Assembly: GCF_009914755.1 (NCBI RefSeq)
Contig: NC_060933.1
Strand: one strand, 5' to 3'
Length of the DNA: 64,000 bases
DNA from: the human T2T-CHM13v2.0 reference genome, Homo sapiens
The notes under the pieces are model-generated. The model saw only the letters and a list, made by a program, of their open reading frames with translations, ran no database searches and was not told the DNA's origin. Position numbers and translations under genes: made by a program. Of the stretch, positions 24,204 through 41,839 are shown piece by piece (position 1 is the first letter of the stretch; every line of letters begins with the position of its first letter).

Positions 24204-24505
24204 GCCAGGCACGGTGGCTCATGCTTATAGTTCCAGCACTTTGGCAGGCTGAGGCAGGCGGATTGCTTGAGCCCAGGAGCTCAAGACCATCCTGGGCAAC
24301 ATGGTGAGACCCTGTCTACAAAAAATACAAAAATTAGCTGAACATGGTGATGCATGCCTGTAGTCCAGCTCCTTGGGAGGCTGAGGCAGGAGAATTGCTT
24401 GAGCCCAGGAGGTCAAGGCTGCAGTGAGCCGTGATCACATCACTGCATTTCATCCTGGGCAGCAGAGCGAGACCCTATCTTGGGAAACAAAAAAGAAAGA
24501 AAGAA
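24204..24505 (+). mobile_element. AluJ inside Tigger1
   Basis: Full Alu; TSD aagaaattg. Confidence 0.9.
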
Positions 24506-25255
24506 ATTGCTACAGCCACCCTACCGTTCAGCAGTCACCACCCTGATCAGTCAGCAGCCATCCACTCAAGGTAAGACCCTCTACCAGCAAAGGGATTACA
24601 ACTGGCTGAAGGCTCAGATGATTGTTAGCATTTTTCAGCAATAAAGTATTTTTAAATTAAGGTGAGTACATTTTTTTTTTTTAGACATAATGCTATTGCA
24701 CACTTAATAGACTACAGTATGGTGTAAGCATTACTTTTATATGCACTGGGATACCAAAATTTATGTGGCTCACTTTATTATGGTGTTTATTTTATTGCGG
24801 TGTTCTTGAACTGAACCAACAATATCTCTGAGGTATGCCTGTATATGTCTTTATAGCAGGCTTAACTGGTTTATAATGTTGTTCAAGTCTTCTATTTCCT
24901 TATAGATCTTCTGTCTGCTTTTTTCTATCAATTCTTGAAAGTGGGGTATTGGAGTCTCCACCTATTATTATAGAACTGTCTATTCCTTCCTTCAATTTTA
25001 TCCACTTTTACTTCATATATTTTAGAGTTATCTTGTTAGGTGTGTATATGTTTATAATTGTTATATTTTCTTGATAGATTGAACCTTTTTACTCAACATA
25101 TAATTCTTTGTCTCTTGTAACCTTTTTTGACTTAAAATCGATCATTTCTAATAATATAGCCATCTCAGGCCATTTTTTGTTGTGCTTACCTGGAATATCT
25201 TTTTTCATCCTTTTCCTTTCAGCCTCTTTGTGTCGTTATATCTAAAGTGAGTCTC

Positions 25256-25284
25256 ATGCTCACCTCGGCAGCACATACACTAAA
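25256..25284 (+). pseudogene. 3'-truncated U6 snRNA retrocopy (nt 1-29)
   Basis: ATGCTCACCTCGGCAGCACATACACTAAA vs U6 GTGCTCGCTTCGGCAGCACATATACTAAA (25/29); TSD CTAAAGTGAGTCTC. Confidence 0.88.
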
Positions 25285-25700
25285 GTGAGTCTCTTGTAGA
25301 CTGCATGTAGATGAGTCGTTTTTTAATCCAGTTACTGACAAGGAAAGATTCACTTTACAATTTAGCTATTTGTTTTCTGTATGTCTTACATGTTTTTTAT
25401 TCCTCAATTCTTCCATTATTGCCCCCATCCTACTTTTTATTATTTAGGGGTTTTGGGTTTGTTTGGCAGTAAACCATTTTGATTCTCTTCTTTTTGTGTA
25501 TGTTTTTAGTTATTTCCTTAGTAGTTACTTTGGGGTTTGCAATTAACATTTTAAACTTTTAACAACTTACCTTGAATAGTACCAACTTAGGTTTAGTACA
25601 GTCACAGCAAAGTTATCTCCTGTCCCTTCACCTTCATGTTGTCATTGTCACTGATTATATCTTTATATATTGTGTAATGTGTATTAACATAAATTTATAA

Positions 25701-27089
<1,389 letters not shown>

Positions 27090-27121
27090 TGAACCCCCTC
27101 TTATGAACAAGTAATTTCAGC

Positions 27122-27535
27122 TTGTATTAGTTTGGCAGAGCTACCGTAACAAAATACTACAGGCTGGGTGGCTTAAACAATGGAAATGTATTTTCTCACA
27201 GTTCTGGAAGTGGGCAGTCTGTGATCAAGATGTTAGCAGGTTTGGGTTCTTCTGTGGCCTTCTTCCTCAGCTTGCAGACAGCCTCCTTCTCACTGGGCCC
27301 ATACAGAGTCTTTTCTTCGTGGTTGTGCATCCCTAGTGTCTCTGTGTGTGTCCAAATCTCACCTTATAGGGACACCCATCATACTGTGTTAGGGCACATC
27401 TAAATGGACTCATTTAGGTTAATTACCTCCTAAAGGCTCTACTTGTAAATATAGCCAGACTCTGAGGTACAGGGCATTACAGCTTCAATGTGTGAACTGA
27501 GGGGCAGCAGGGGAAATGCAGTTCAGCCCGTAATG
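27122..27535 (-). mobile_element. MaLR MLT1-type solo LTR
   Basis: tgtattagttt...gtaacaaaatactacaggctgggtggcttaaacaa...ttctcacagttctgga...gttcagcccgtaa. Confidence 0.75.
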
Positions 27536-27585
27536 CATCGTTGCACTTTTCAGCTCCAGCTTTTTCCATTTGGTTCCTTTTTATA

Positions 27586-28503
<918 letters not shown>

Positions 28504-29447
28504 CTCCTGGCCCCTTTTTATAGTTTCTGTCTCCTTATTGACATCGTTGTCCTGATTTTCTTTACTTTATTCATTATTTTCTTTTGTTCTTTGAGCATAT
28601 TTAAAACAGTGGATTTAACCTCTGTGACTTGTGATTCTAGTGTTGGTGTTCTGCAGGGACAGTTTCTAATTCTTTTTCCTGTGAATGTACTGTATATTCC
28701 TTTTTCTTTGTGTGCTTTTACTTTCTTGTTGAGAACTGGACATTTGGAGTATGATACTGTGGTAACTCTGGAAATCAGATTCTACGCCTCCTCTGGGATT
28801 GCTTTTGTGACTTGTGAGGTTAGTTATCTGTTTGTACAATGACTTTTCCTATTTTGTAAAGTCTGTATTCCTTGTTCCATGTAGTTGCTTAAGTTTTTTT
28901 CTCTCTTATCCGTGCAAACCAGCCTGTGACCAGGTAGATTTCCTTAAATGTCTGGATCTGTGTGTGTGCGTGTACAGATGTAGGTGTAGGTGTTTTAAAT
29001 CTTGTGGTAGGTGCCACCAGGGAAACCACTGCAGCCTGAGGGGGCCAAAACAAAGCTGAGCGGGTTTGCCAGACTGGCCAAAACGCACAAGCGCACATTT
29101 TTGGAGGACAAGGTCCTTCCTCCACCCCCTCCTCTTGTATGAGCCAGCTGCTGTGGGAACACAGGCCACCTTCCTGCAGGCTGTGTGTGGCAGGGCTGCG
29201 GAATGGGGATTTATGCACACTGATCTCTTCTGAGCTTCAGCAGCCTCCCTCCATCCAGCACTCTCTTGGTTGCTGTGAGTGTCTGATCCGCTTCCAGAGG
29301 CCTGAAATCGTGATTTTGATCATTTTTTCAGCTTCCTGATTGTATTGGTGGAGGAACCAACCCATGGAGCTTCTGACTCCACCATTTTCCATAACCTCCC
29401 TTGTGGCATTTATTTTTTTAGAACTGATTTTAAATGTATTCTCATCA

Positions 29448-29768
<321 letters not shown>

Positions 29769-29831
29769 GAATTCCACAAAGATACTTGCACTTTATGAAG
29801 CAAGCATAGGTTATTTGACAAATAGTGTTAG

Positions 29832-30223
<392 letters not shown>

Positions 30224-30251
30224 TTCATTTTTATTTTCAAAAATAATTTTG

Positions 30252-30396
30252 GGCCAGGTGCAATGGCTTATACCTGTAGCCCCAGCACTCTGGGAGGCCG
30301 AGGCGGGAGGATTGCTTGAGCCCAGGAGTTTCAGACCAGCCTGGGCAACACAGTGAGACCCCCATCTCTAAATAATAATAATAATAATAATAATAA
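30252..30396 (+). mobile_element. FLAM/Alu left monomer with (AAT)n tail
   Basis: Monomer followed by triplet repeat. Confidence 0.85.
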
Positions 30397-30479
30397 TTAT
30401 TATTATTATTATTATTATTTTGGAGGTGTGAATGCCCTCCTATATCTGACACAAACCCTGGAGCAAAGAGTAAAAGCAA

Positions 30480-31480
30480 AGAGTACTTATTTTATGTAAA
30501 TTTCATCTTGGCAAAAAAATCTATAAAATCAGCTAACTGAAAAAATTATCACAACGTAGGATAAAGTTAACTTCCTGAATTTACAAAAAGCCCCACAGAT
30601 CAATAAGATTAATTGCCCAATTTATTTGAATCAAGGATGTGACTGATTTTATAAGAGAAAACCACAAATGACCAGTAAACTAAGTACAGAGTGCCAGCCT
30701 CATTCATAATTAAGGAAATGCAGATCAGAACAGGAATGAATCATGTCACTTAGGAGATAGGCAGACTTTATTTTTCTTGTTAAATGATATCCAGTCTTGT
30801 AAGAGTGTGCTAAGTAGACACTGTCATTGATTGTTGGTGAGGGTGTGACTTGGTGCAGGCTTTCTGGCAAGTAGTTTGGTAATATGTATCAGAAAATTTT
30901 TTAAAAACATTAGCCAGGCATGGTGGCATGCCTATAGACCCAGCTGCTTGAGAGGCTGAGGCAGAAGGATTGCTTGATGACCCAAGAGTTCAAGGCTATG
31001 TCAAATGCACAGCCCCTTAACCCAGCAGTTCCACTGGTAGAAATTAAGCTATAAATATTTCCAAAGGTATGCAAGATAGTTATGCAAAAATATCTATTGT
31101 AGCATTGCTTGTGATTTTACAACCCCTGCCAACTGAAATTCTGTAAGAGGAGAACTGCTTACATTACGATACATCCATATAATAGAAAGCTATGTGGCCA
31201 TTAAACAGAATGAGTTAGCTCTTTTTGTGCTAATGTGGGAAGATCTCCAAGATATATTAAGTGACAAAAGCTAAGTGTAGAATAAAATGTAGGTAATGAA
31301 CCCAGTTGAGTAGGGATTTTTAAAGGATGTATATGATTTATTCTGATATATGCACAGGGAAGTTTCTAGAGATATAAACAGGAGTTTAATGGTGATTTCC
31401 TTTGGGGGAGACTAGGAATAAATGATGGGAGAGATTTTTTTTTTTACACCTTTCTATAATTTTTTTTTACATGTGCATGT
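30480..31480 (+). mobile_element. Highly diverged L1ME-like 3' fragment
   Basis: aattaaggaaatgcagatc...cccagcagttccactggtagaaatt...gaaagatctccaagatatattaagtg. Confidence 0.65.
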
Positions 31481-32103
31481 GTTATATCCCACACCCCCTT
31501 TTTCAAATAGCTAAAAGCAAAATTCTACAGTGGTGAGATCTAGCAGAGAATCTGTTCACCCAGATGTAGTTTCCAGAATTTACATACTTTTAGTCTACTC
31601 ATTTATATAGTCAACTTTTCTTTTTGAAATTACGAATACCTAAATCATTTATTTCATGATCTATTTTTGTTTTAAATTACTATGAAATGTTTTAAGATGT
31701 ATAAAACGATAAATTAATACTTCACTCTAAAAACACAGTCTTTTAAAATTATTAGTGCCTAATCTGGCATTTTTGGCATCTTAGAGGAGGCAGAGTGATG
31801 TGATAAGAAAAATCACATAGACTTTAGAGTCATCCAGACCTGGATTCACATCTCAACTTAATAAAAACTAGCTTTTAACCTTGGGAAAGTTACTTAAAAT
31901 AGCTGAACTTCAGACGATCAAGCCCTACATTTGCAGAGTAATTATAAAGATTAAGTGGGAAAAAAGGTATCAGTCCCTAACATATCATAATTACTCAAGA
32001 AACCTTCATTTCTTCTCTTGTCATCTCTCCCTATCCCTCGAAGATGACTTTCAGTCTTTGTCTGGGTTGTCTGGCTCTTTTATATCATACTTAGAAAACT
32101 TGG

Positions 32104-33880
<1,777 letters not shown>

Positions 33881-34249
33881 TATATTATTTGAATGGGTAT
33901 CTTGTTTGTTTTAACTGTAAATATTTACAGTACTTGGTTTTACTTGGGAGATTTGTATAGCTTACAAATCTTGTCCCTATGGATTCAGTTCTCTTACCCA
34001 CAGACACAGAACCAAAATCAGGAGTTCCACAAGGAGTGGTGGTGAGTCCTGCCTTTGGCAAACACGCACCTGCAAGCTTTGCTCTAGGGATTGAATCCCT
34101 TACCCAGTGGGGCCCATAGGCTAGAGGACTTTGTGGAACTTTGGAACTTGTCTTAACAATGGAGGAGGGGATAAAATAAGTTTATCTTTGGGCTGGAATT
34201 TGTACTAATTTTTCTTTCTCTTGTAGCACCGAACAAGATTTGTGATGAA

Positions 34250-35653
34250 ATGGAGCCTGGAACAAACTCTTTTCGGGTAGAATTTCCTGATTTTTCCAGC
34301 ACCATTCTACAGAAACTGAACCAGCAGCGCCAGCAAGGACAATTATGTGACGTCTCCATTGTTGTCCAAGGCCACATTTTCCGGGCACACAAAGCCGTTC
34401 TTGCTGCCAGTTCACCCTACTTTTGTGACCAGGTACTCCTGAAAAACAGCAGGAGAATTGTTTTGCCTGATGTGATGAACCCAAGAGTGTTTGAGAACAT
34501 TCTCCTATCTAGTTATACAGGACGTCTAGTAATGCCCGCTCCAGAAATTGTTAGTTACTTGACAGCGGCAAGCTTCCTCCAGATGTGGCATGTGGTAGAC
34601 AAATGCACTGAAGTTTTAGAGGGAAACCCTACAGTCCTTTGTCAGAAGCTAAATCATGGCAGTGACCACCAGTCACCAAGCAGCAGTAGTTATAATGGCC
34701 TGGTAGAGAGCTTTGAGCTGGGCTCTGGGGGTCATACTGATTTTCCCAAAGCCCAAGAACTGAGAGATGGTGAAAATGAAGAGGAGAGCACCAAAGACGA
34801 GCTGTCATCCCAGCTCACCGAGCACGAATACCTGCCCAGCAACTCGTCCACAGAGCATGACCGCCTGAGCACGGAAATGGCAAGCCAGGATGGGGAGGAG
34901 GGCGCCAGCGACAGCGCCGAGTTCCACTACACCCGGCCCATGTACAGCAAGCCCAGCATCATGGCTCACAAACGCTGGATCCACGTGAAGCCCGAGCGCT
35001 TAGAACAGGCTTGCGAGGGCATGGATGTGCACGCGACCTACGACGAGCACCAGGTCACAGAGTCCATCAACACCGTGCAGACAGAGCACACGGTGCAGCC
35101 TTCGGGAGTGGAGGAGGACTTCCACATCGGGGAGAAGAAAGTGGAAGCTGAGTTTGATGAACAGGCTGATGAAAGCAATTATGATGAGCAGGTGGATTTC
35201 TATGGCTCTTCCATGGAAGAGTTTTCCGGAGAGAGGTCAGATGGGAATCTAATTGGGCACAGACAGGAGGCTGCCCTCGCAGCAGGTTACAGTGAGAATA
35301 TTGAAATGGTAACAGGGATTAAAGAAGAAGCTTCCCACTTAGGATTCTCAGCCACCGACAAGCTGTATCCTTGTCAGTGTGGGAAAAGTTTCACTCACAA
35401 GAGTCAGAGAGATCGGCACATGAGCATGCACCTCGGTCTTCGGCCTTACGGCTGTGGGGTCTGCGGTAAGAAATTCAAAATGAAGCACCATCTCGTGGGC
35501 CACATGAAAATTCACACAGGCATAAAGCCGTATGAGTGTAATATCTGTGCAAAGAGGTTTATGTGGAGGGACAGTTTCCACCGGCATGTGACTTCTTGTA
35601 CTAAGTCCTACGAAGCTGCAAAGGCTGAGCAGAATACAACTGAGGCTAACTAA
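34250..35653 (+). CDS. ZBTB43: Zinc finger and BTB domain-containing protein 43 (467 aa, CDS within one exon)
   Basis: ORF MEPGTNSFRVEFPDFSS...; N-terminal BTB/POZ (LCDVSIVVQGHIFRAHKAVLAASSPYF), acidic linker, three C-terminal zinc fingers with HTGIKPYEC-type linker; strong Kozak GAAATGG; recognised as human ZBTB43 (ZNF297B). Confidence 0.97.
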   Translation: MEPGTNSFRVEFPDFSSTILQKLNQQRQQGQLCDVSIVVQGHIFRAHKAVLAASSPYFCDQVLLKNSRRIVLPDVMNPRVFENILLSSYTGRLVMPAPEIVSYLTAASFLQMWHVVDKCTEVLEGNPTVLCQKLNHGSDHQSPSSSSYNGLVESFELGSGGHTDFPKAQELRDGENEEESTKDELSSQLTEHEYLPSNSSTEHDRLSTEMASQDGEEGASDSAEFHYTRPMYSKPSIMAHKRWIHVKPERLEQACEGMDVHATYDEHQVTESINTVQTEHTVQPSGVEEDFHIGEKKVEAEFDEQADESNYDEQVDFYGSSMEEFSGERSDGNLIGHRQEAALAAGYSENIEMVTGIKEEASHLGFSATDKLYPCQCGKSFTHKSQRDRHMSMHLGLRPYGCGVCGKKFKMKHHLVGHMKIHTGIKPYECNICAKRFMWRDSFHRHVTSCTKSYEAAKAEQNTTEAN

Positions 35654-38554
35654 AAATAGGATCTGGCCCTTGAGTGGCATGCACAAAAATAAACTATGGT
35701 AATTAATGCAAATCTGGGCACAGATGATGCGTGCTACTTGCTATTATGAGAGAAGCTTAAAAAAAAAAAGGAAGATATTTCTGAAAGACCAGCTCTAAGT
35801 AGGCCAATTAAAAAAATCTAATTCCTCAAATTTGTGTGTTCCAGTCCTGGCCTGGAATGGGTAATGGGGTGAGTTAACCCACCGCCCAGCTGGCAAGGGA
35901 AACCTTCTGACTGGTTGTGATCGAAACAGGTGGACAGAGACACCTGCACTTGGAACTGGACTCCACCCACCAGTTCCATTTTGGGTGGCAGCAGCTTTGG
36001 ATCACTCATTATTACAAGGTCATGCTGAAATTTTATTTTGCTCTTGCTATAGATACTTAGGTAATGTGGATTTGTTTTGGTAGCTATTTCACTGAAGGAA
36101 GTGCTACTTATATAAAAGCTAGAAATAATGTGATTCCTAGGATGAGAAATTGGTTAACAGAGCTCTGTTGTCTGGTTTTAGTCTTTCTAAAGGATATTTT
36201 AACTAAAACTATGGAGATGCTAAGAGAGTGACTTTCTAAATATGAAACAGATAATTTACGGTACAAGGCTGACATAGTGCCCTTGTCAGTTTCTGTAAGA
36301 TGCCACTACTGTCACAAGGTGTTTCAGACTCTTGATAAGGCAGTGTTTTGTATTTTAGTTCTAACATTGAGTTTGGACAATTTTATCTAATTGTAATTCT
36401 CTAGGGTGCCAGAGATAGGTATTTCTCATTGGTTTGCTTTCCCAAATCCTGTTTGGTTAATTGTAGCCTCCATACAGTGGGGTCTTCTCTGTGGCTGGTA
36501 GACACCAAGCTGCTGTGACTGACCACGGTACCACGGGCTGCCACAGCCCCTGCTCTGTCTTAGATTATGGTGCTTTACAAAGAGAGTGGTCCATGACCAC
36601 ACTTAGTGAGAAGGAGCCACAAGTTGTGGCTGAGAGTTCCCTGTGAACTTGAGTAGTTCATAGAGTGCTAAGGTGACACTCCACCAACCAGAGTGAGAGG
36701 GCAGATAGGCAGGATTCTATGAGTGGTTATACTTAAGGGGGACAAAACTGCCCAAGAAGAATCTTGAGAATACACTCTTTCAAGGTGGGGGAGATACTCT
36801 TTAGAGGGTACACTGAGCTAATACTACCAGTTCTTTATGAGCACTGGAATGTGTTTGTAAAAGGAGTCCTAAGTTTAGCAAGGTAGTCTACAGAACCATG
36901 CTCCCACATTATAGATAAAGCTGCTTAAACTTAAAAGTCCACAAAGCTACGCCGACCAGAAAAAAAAAATTAAAAAAACAAACAAGAAAAGCAACTATTC
37001 TGAGACCTTTTCTGCCCATCAGTTAGATGATTTAGGTTAAAAAGAAAGGTAATATTGCACATGCTTTTAAGCTGTGTAACATACCTGAGGTTATCACCAG
37101 GGTAGGACAGGGTGCTACTACCATGTCATCTTTTCCACAATCGTACTGGGTTATTTACTTCTAAATAGAAACTTTTTTTTCTTAAAATAAAAATAATTTT
37201 TCTTGGATTTGGGGTGAAATTTTATTTGAAAAGTTTGGCTTTGCTGTAATGTAATAGACATTGCTGGCAATGGCCTCTGATTCTCAAGCTCCTAACACCA
37301 GGGTGTTTACTTGTTGAACATTGTCTGGAAAGAGGAAAGAAAATACTTATTTACCAGTTAACTCTTGTAAGCAAGATTACAAACAGGGATTTATTCACAA
37401 CACTGTATCATTCTCGATATATAAAAAGCACTTTGTATTTAAAACTTTATTATAAATATATATATATATTGTTTTTTTTTAAACCTAGAAACTAGATATT
37501 ACCTCTTGGTTGTTTGCCACATTAATAGCTTCTCTTAGTATTGAAACGTTACTGGTTAGCAGTCTTTTCTCTGTGTACCTGACACACGTATACTGAGGGG
37601 ATTGTACAATCAAGCCTATTGTCTCCTTTTCTTTCACTCATGGTAGAGGCCAGTGGGTTTTAGGTATGATCCTAGCCATTATATTTGAGGAGAAATTGTT
37701 CTATTACTCCTACTAATTTCAGTACTAAGGTGGTGATGCCATTTTGTTCTGCCAAAAACTGATCACCCTCTCCCATGGTATTAGCAGAGCATTTTCTGCC
37801 TGTTTGGAAGGTTTGATGTCCTGTTTCTCATTGAAGACTATTTACATGATCATTAGGACATTGCAGGAGAAGTCTGAGAGGTAAAAATACAGATATTCTG
37901 GGAGAGTCGTGGTCCTTCAGTTCTGCTGAAATCAGCATAGTGCCCTTGTCATGAGGAAGAGTTTCTGTTCAGCCAAGAGTGGTGGCACGCTTGGGTGGTA
38001 GTTTTGGAAGCAGTCAGTTGTGCTAGGACTTATTTAATATGTTGTGAAGAGAAGAGTGTCTTCTTGAAAGCCTTATGTGTCCATCAGCTACTAAATGTAG
38101 AACTTAAATAAGTTGCTCACATCTGTTCTTTTAGTGTTTTGTGGTATTTGAGGTTTTGGCAAAAATTGGGATTTTTTTATCAGGCAGCCAGAGCCTGGGA
38201 GGTGGTAGGGTGTCTGAAATGCTGGCCATGTTCAGAGAGGCAGGAGAAGGGGGTTGCTTTCATTTGAATATTAAAAGTGAATTTTTGTAAACTCTGGTTT
38301 TTACCTTTTTTTCATCCCCACGTTGAGTTGGAGGAATAGTCTCTTCTCTTCACCTCAATATAGCTTTAGAAAATCTTTATCCTTCCTAATAAGTTTGGAT
38401 GGTTGTGGGTAACATTGTTCAAACAATCTTTCAGGGATCACGTCAATGGCCTACAACCAAGCTATTTGTCCCCTACTTTGAGTCTTAACTGTGGTTTTTC
38501 TTCAATCCCCATGGGAAAGGGCTTCAAGGCACCACCAGTGGTATTTAATATTCA

Positions 38555-38860
<306 letters not shown>

Positions 38861-39921
38861 TCATACTTATGCCATGCTTTTACCTTTAGATACACACGTT
38901 ACAGTAATCCACGTGGTGAAGTGCATGTCACCGTTAACTAAGGAAGGACTGCGGTAACTTACCCTGCAGGGCTGTAGGTTGCCTGCAGGCGCTCCAGGCC
39001 CCCAGCCTGTTGATTCCGATTTCTAGGTCTCATCTTCCTCTGGTCCCTTTTGGCCACTACTTTAAAAGCTTGCCCAAAGGGATCCCCTCCATTCTAGTGG
39101 GCATTTGCTGAACTAACCTGCCCCTAAGGCTGGCTTCTAACCACCGGGGAAAGCTGCTTAGCCTCCAGGGCTCCCTCCTTGAGAGGCTCACACACCCCCA
39201 AGCTGCTGTGGAGTGAATTTGAGACGGAGCAGAAGCTGCAAAGCTGTGCTTTCCCTGGGGAAGGGGATGTGCTGCGGCCTCCTGGGTGGGCGTGGAGAGG
39301 GCGCCATCACAACGAGTCCAGGTTTTTGCTTTTGGAAGGTCTCTGATAATTTAGGGGTGCTGGAAACCAGCACTGTGTTATCCCCAATCCCTCCTGTGCC
39401 ACCAGTTTTGTGATTTAGGTTGCTTTAGTGGGTGACTAACTTTTGTTCAGTGAAACCAGGGTTTGTTTGGGGTTTTTTTCTTTGCTACTTACATATTTAA
39501 AGGTACAAGTTTCTTATTTCAAATCTCTACTGATAGTGCCCTATGGGGAGATGCTGGAACACATTTTGCAAATGTGACTTTTTTTTTTTTTTTTAATTTT
39601 TGCTTGAAGCCTGTGTCATGTTAGTTGCTGCTGCCTTCTTTCCTTTTGTGAGGTTCCCAATGTTTCGTCCAGAAAAGTACTTTATTTATGCAAGTCAGGT
39701 GACTCTTAGGCCACAAAACCATTTGATGATAAACAGATTATCATTAGGTGCATATCTTATTGATATTTTGTGAAATGTTATGCCTATGTTGCAAAAGTTG
39801 AATAGTTTTGTCTTTATATATTGCTGTCTTCAGTGTACAGCATGGTTTTACTTAATTGAATGTTAATGTTTAATATTTTCTTCTTATAGAAGAGATCATG
39901 CCCTTTTGTATGACATGTTTT

Positions 39922-39927
39922 AATAAA
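39922..39927 (+). terminator. ZBTB43: Distal polyadenylation signal AATAAA
   Basis: AATAAA with upstream TGTA and downstream gttttgtttttc element. Confidence 0.75.
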
Positions 39928-41839
39928 TGTTATCTGTCAACTTTGTAAAAGTTTTGTTTTTCACTATGAGTAGATGACCACATCTTGTTTGACTCTGGGT
40001 TTTGCCACCTGAGAATACAGTTATATGGTGGCGTTTTGGTAAGTAAATGCCAAATAATCTGATCCAATGGGCAGTGAGTGACTGCCAGGCAGGCATTTAT
40101 AGTAATATTTTAGACCCCCACTGGCCCCTTCGGGTACTTGGGGTGTGCTAGAGGCTCTCTGTGCCCCCTGGGCCCCCTTCCTGCTATGCACTTCTCTCCA
40201 GGAAGCTGGCCACGGTGGACCTGTCCTGGCTTCCGGTCAGGATCCAGAGACACTCTGGGTGGAGCCTGGCAGAACAGAGAACAGAGAAGTCAGGGAATTC
40301 ATTCCCCTGGCTCCTTCCCGCCAGCTGTGGGTTGGCGGTGGCTGGGCTCCTCTGCCAAGGCCCACAGGTCCTGTCAGGCAACTTCTGGGGTTTAGTAGCC
40401 ACACCTTCCCCTTGTCCCCTCAAGCCAGTCTCAGTCCTGACTCCCTGCTTTTGCCAGGCCTCGGGTACATCACTGTCCTCATTGGAGTCTCTTAACCCTG
40501 CCCACACCCTTTGTAAATAGTCCCTTTATGAAACTCTTCTTGGTCACTCCATCTGAGTGTACCATCTGTCTCCTGCCAGGACCCTGGCTGATAGCTTAGG
40601 TGTCCTCATTTTACCAGTGAGCCAACTGTGATTCAGAAAAGGTAAGTAAGGTACCAAAGGTCGTCCAGCACCCAGAGCGGAGCTGGGCTTCTCTGCATGG
40701 TCCGCGGCTGGCACGCTTGGCGGTGGGTTTCTCCACTGCTCTCTCATGCCTCCATGCACTCGAGTGTTCATTGGGTCTTTGCTTCACGTCACTTTGCCCT
40801 CTCCTACCCCTACAACCCTGCCCTCGAGAAGCAGCAGCGGTGCTCTTTCAAAGGCTGCAAGCGCCGGGTATTTCCTAACAACAGCTCATTACCAGAGACA
40901 CTGCTTGTTTTAGACCAAACTCAACCACCTTCCCACACAAACCTTCTGTTACCACTGTTTGTTGTGAGGTTCTTCCCCCTCCCCATTGCTGATTTTGAAG
41001 CCAACTACAGATTGCCTCAGCTAGCTTAACCATTCTCTGTATGGGGAAGAAGTCATCCAGAAAAAACACTTCTAGCCTTTATTTGAGGCAGGGCTTGTCC
41101 ATCCTGACCAAGGACAAGTAGCTCAGCCCCTGCAGCATGGTGACCTCTCTGACCCCCACTTTCAGCCCTGCAGAGGACCCCACCGAGGCCCTGGTTAACC
41201 AGCCGTGCACACCTGGGAAGCAGGTGTCCCCACTGCACATGCTTCTCCCCGGGGTGGAGGCCGGTGGGGTTGAAGGAGAGCAGCGCTGCAGTTCTTGTGA
41301 GGAGAAAGAAGATGGAGTGGTTCCTTTGTGTTTGGGAACAGAACGGGGTGGGATGTGAGGGGTGTCACCCACATGGAGCATTTAACACCTGTGCGGTTAT
41401 TTTGATTCCGTCACACTCAGCTCAGGGACTGCTACTTCCCACCAAACCACCGAAGCGTTCCTTGAGACAGTCCCCATCCCTGGGCATCTTGGAGGGTGCA
41501 GGGCTCTAAAATTTGCCCAGTCAGTGGCCCAGTTAGCAGGTCATTGGAAATGAGGTAAGCTTGAACTTGCTGTAACAGTCTGTTATTCCGTAAATGATGT
41601 AAAATATGTTCTTTCTCAGTGCAGATAAGTAAAGGATAAGAACGCTGTACCCTTGGTTCCAACTCTTAGGTTCTTTTTAAGAAAATGTTCTACGTTTAAA
41701 GTTTAGTGAGTGAAGATGGGTGCGAATAACATTTTTTTCCTTTAACAGGGAAACAGAAAGTGAAGTAGTGGTGGGGAGAGGAGTCTTGGGGACTTTTTCT
41801 GAACTGGTTTGACTTGTTTGAATCAAAACCAAACAATTT

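Noticed and set aside
35025-35686. Alternative-frame (75 aa) and antisense (112 aa) ORFs over the ZBTB43 CDS
   Set aside because: Explained by codon bias of the main frame; no independent support
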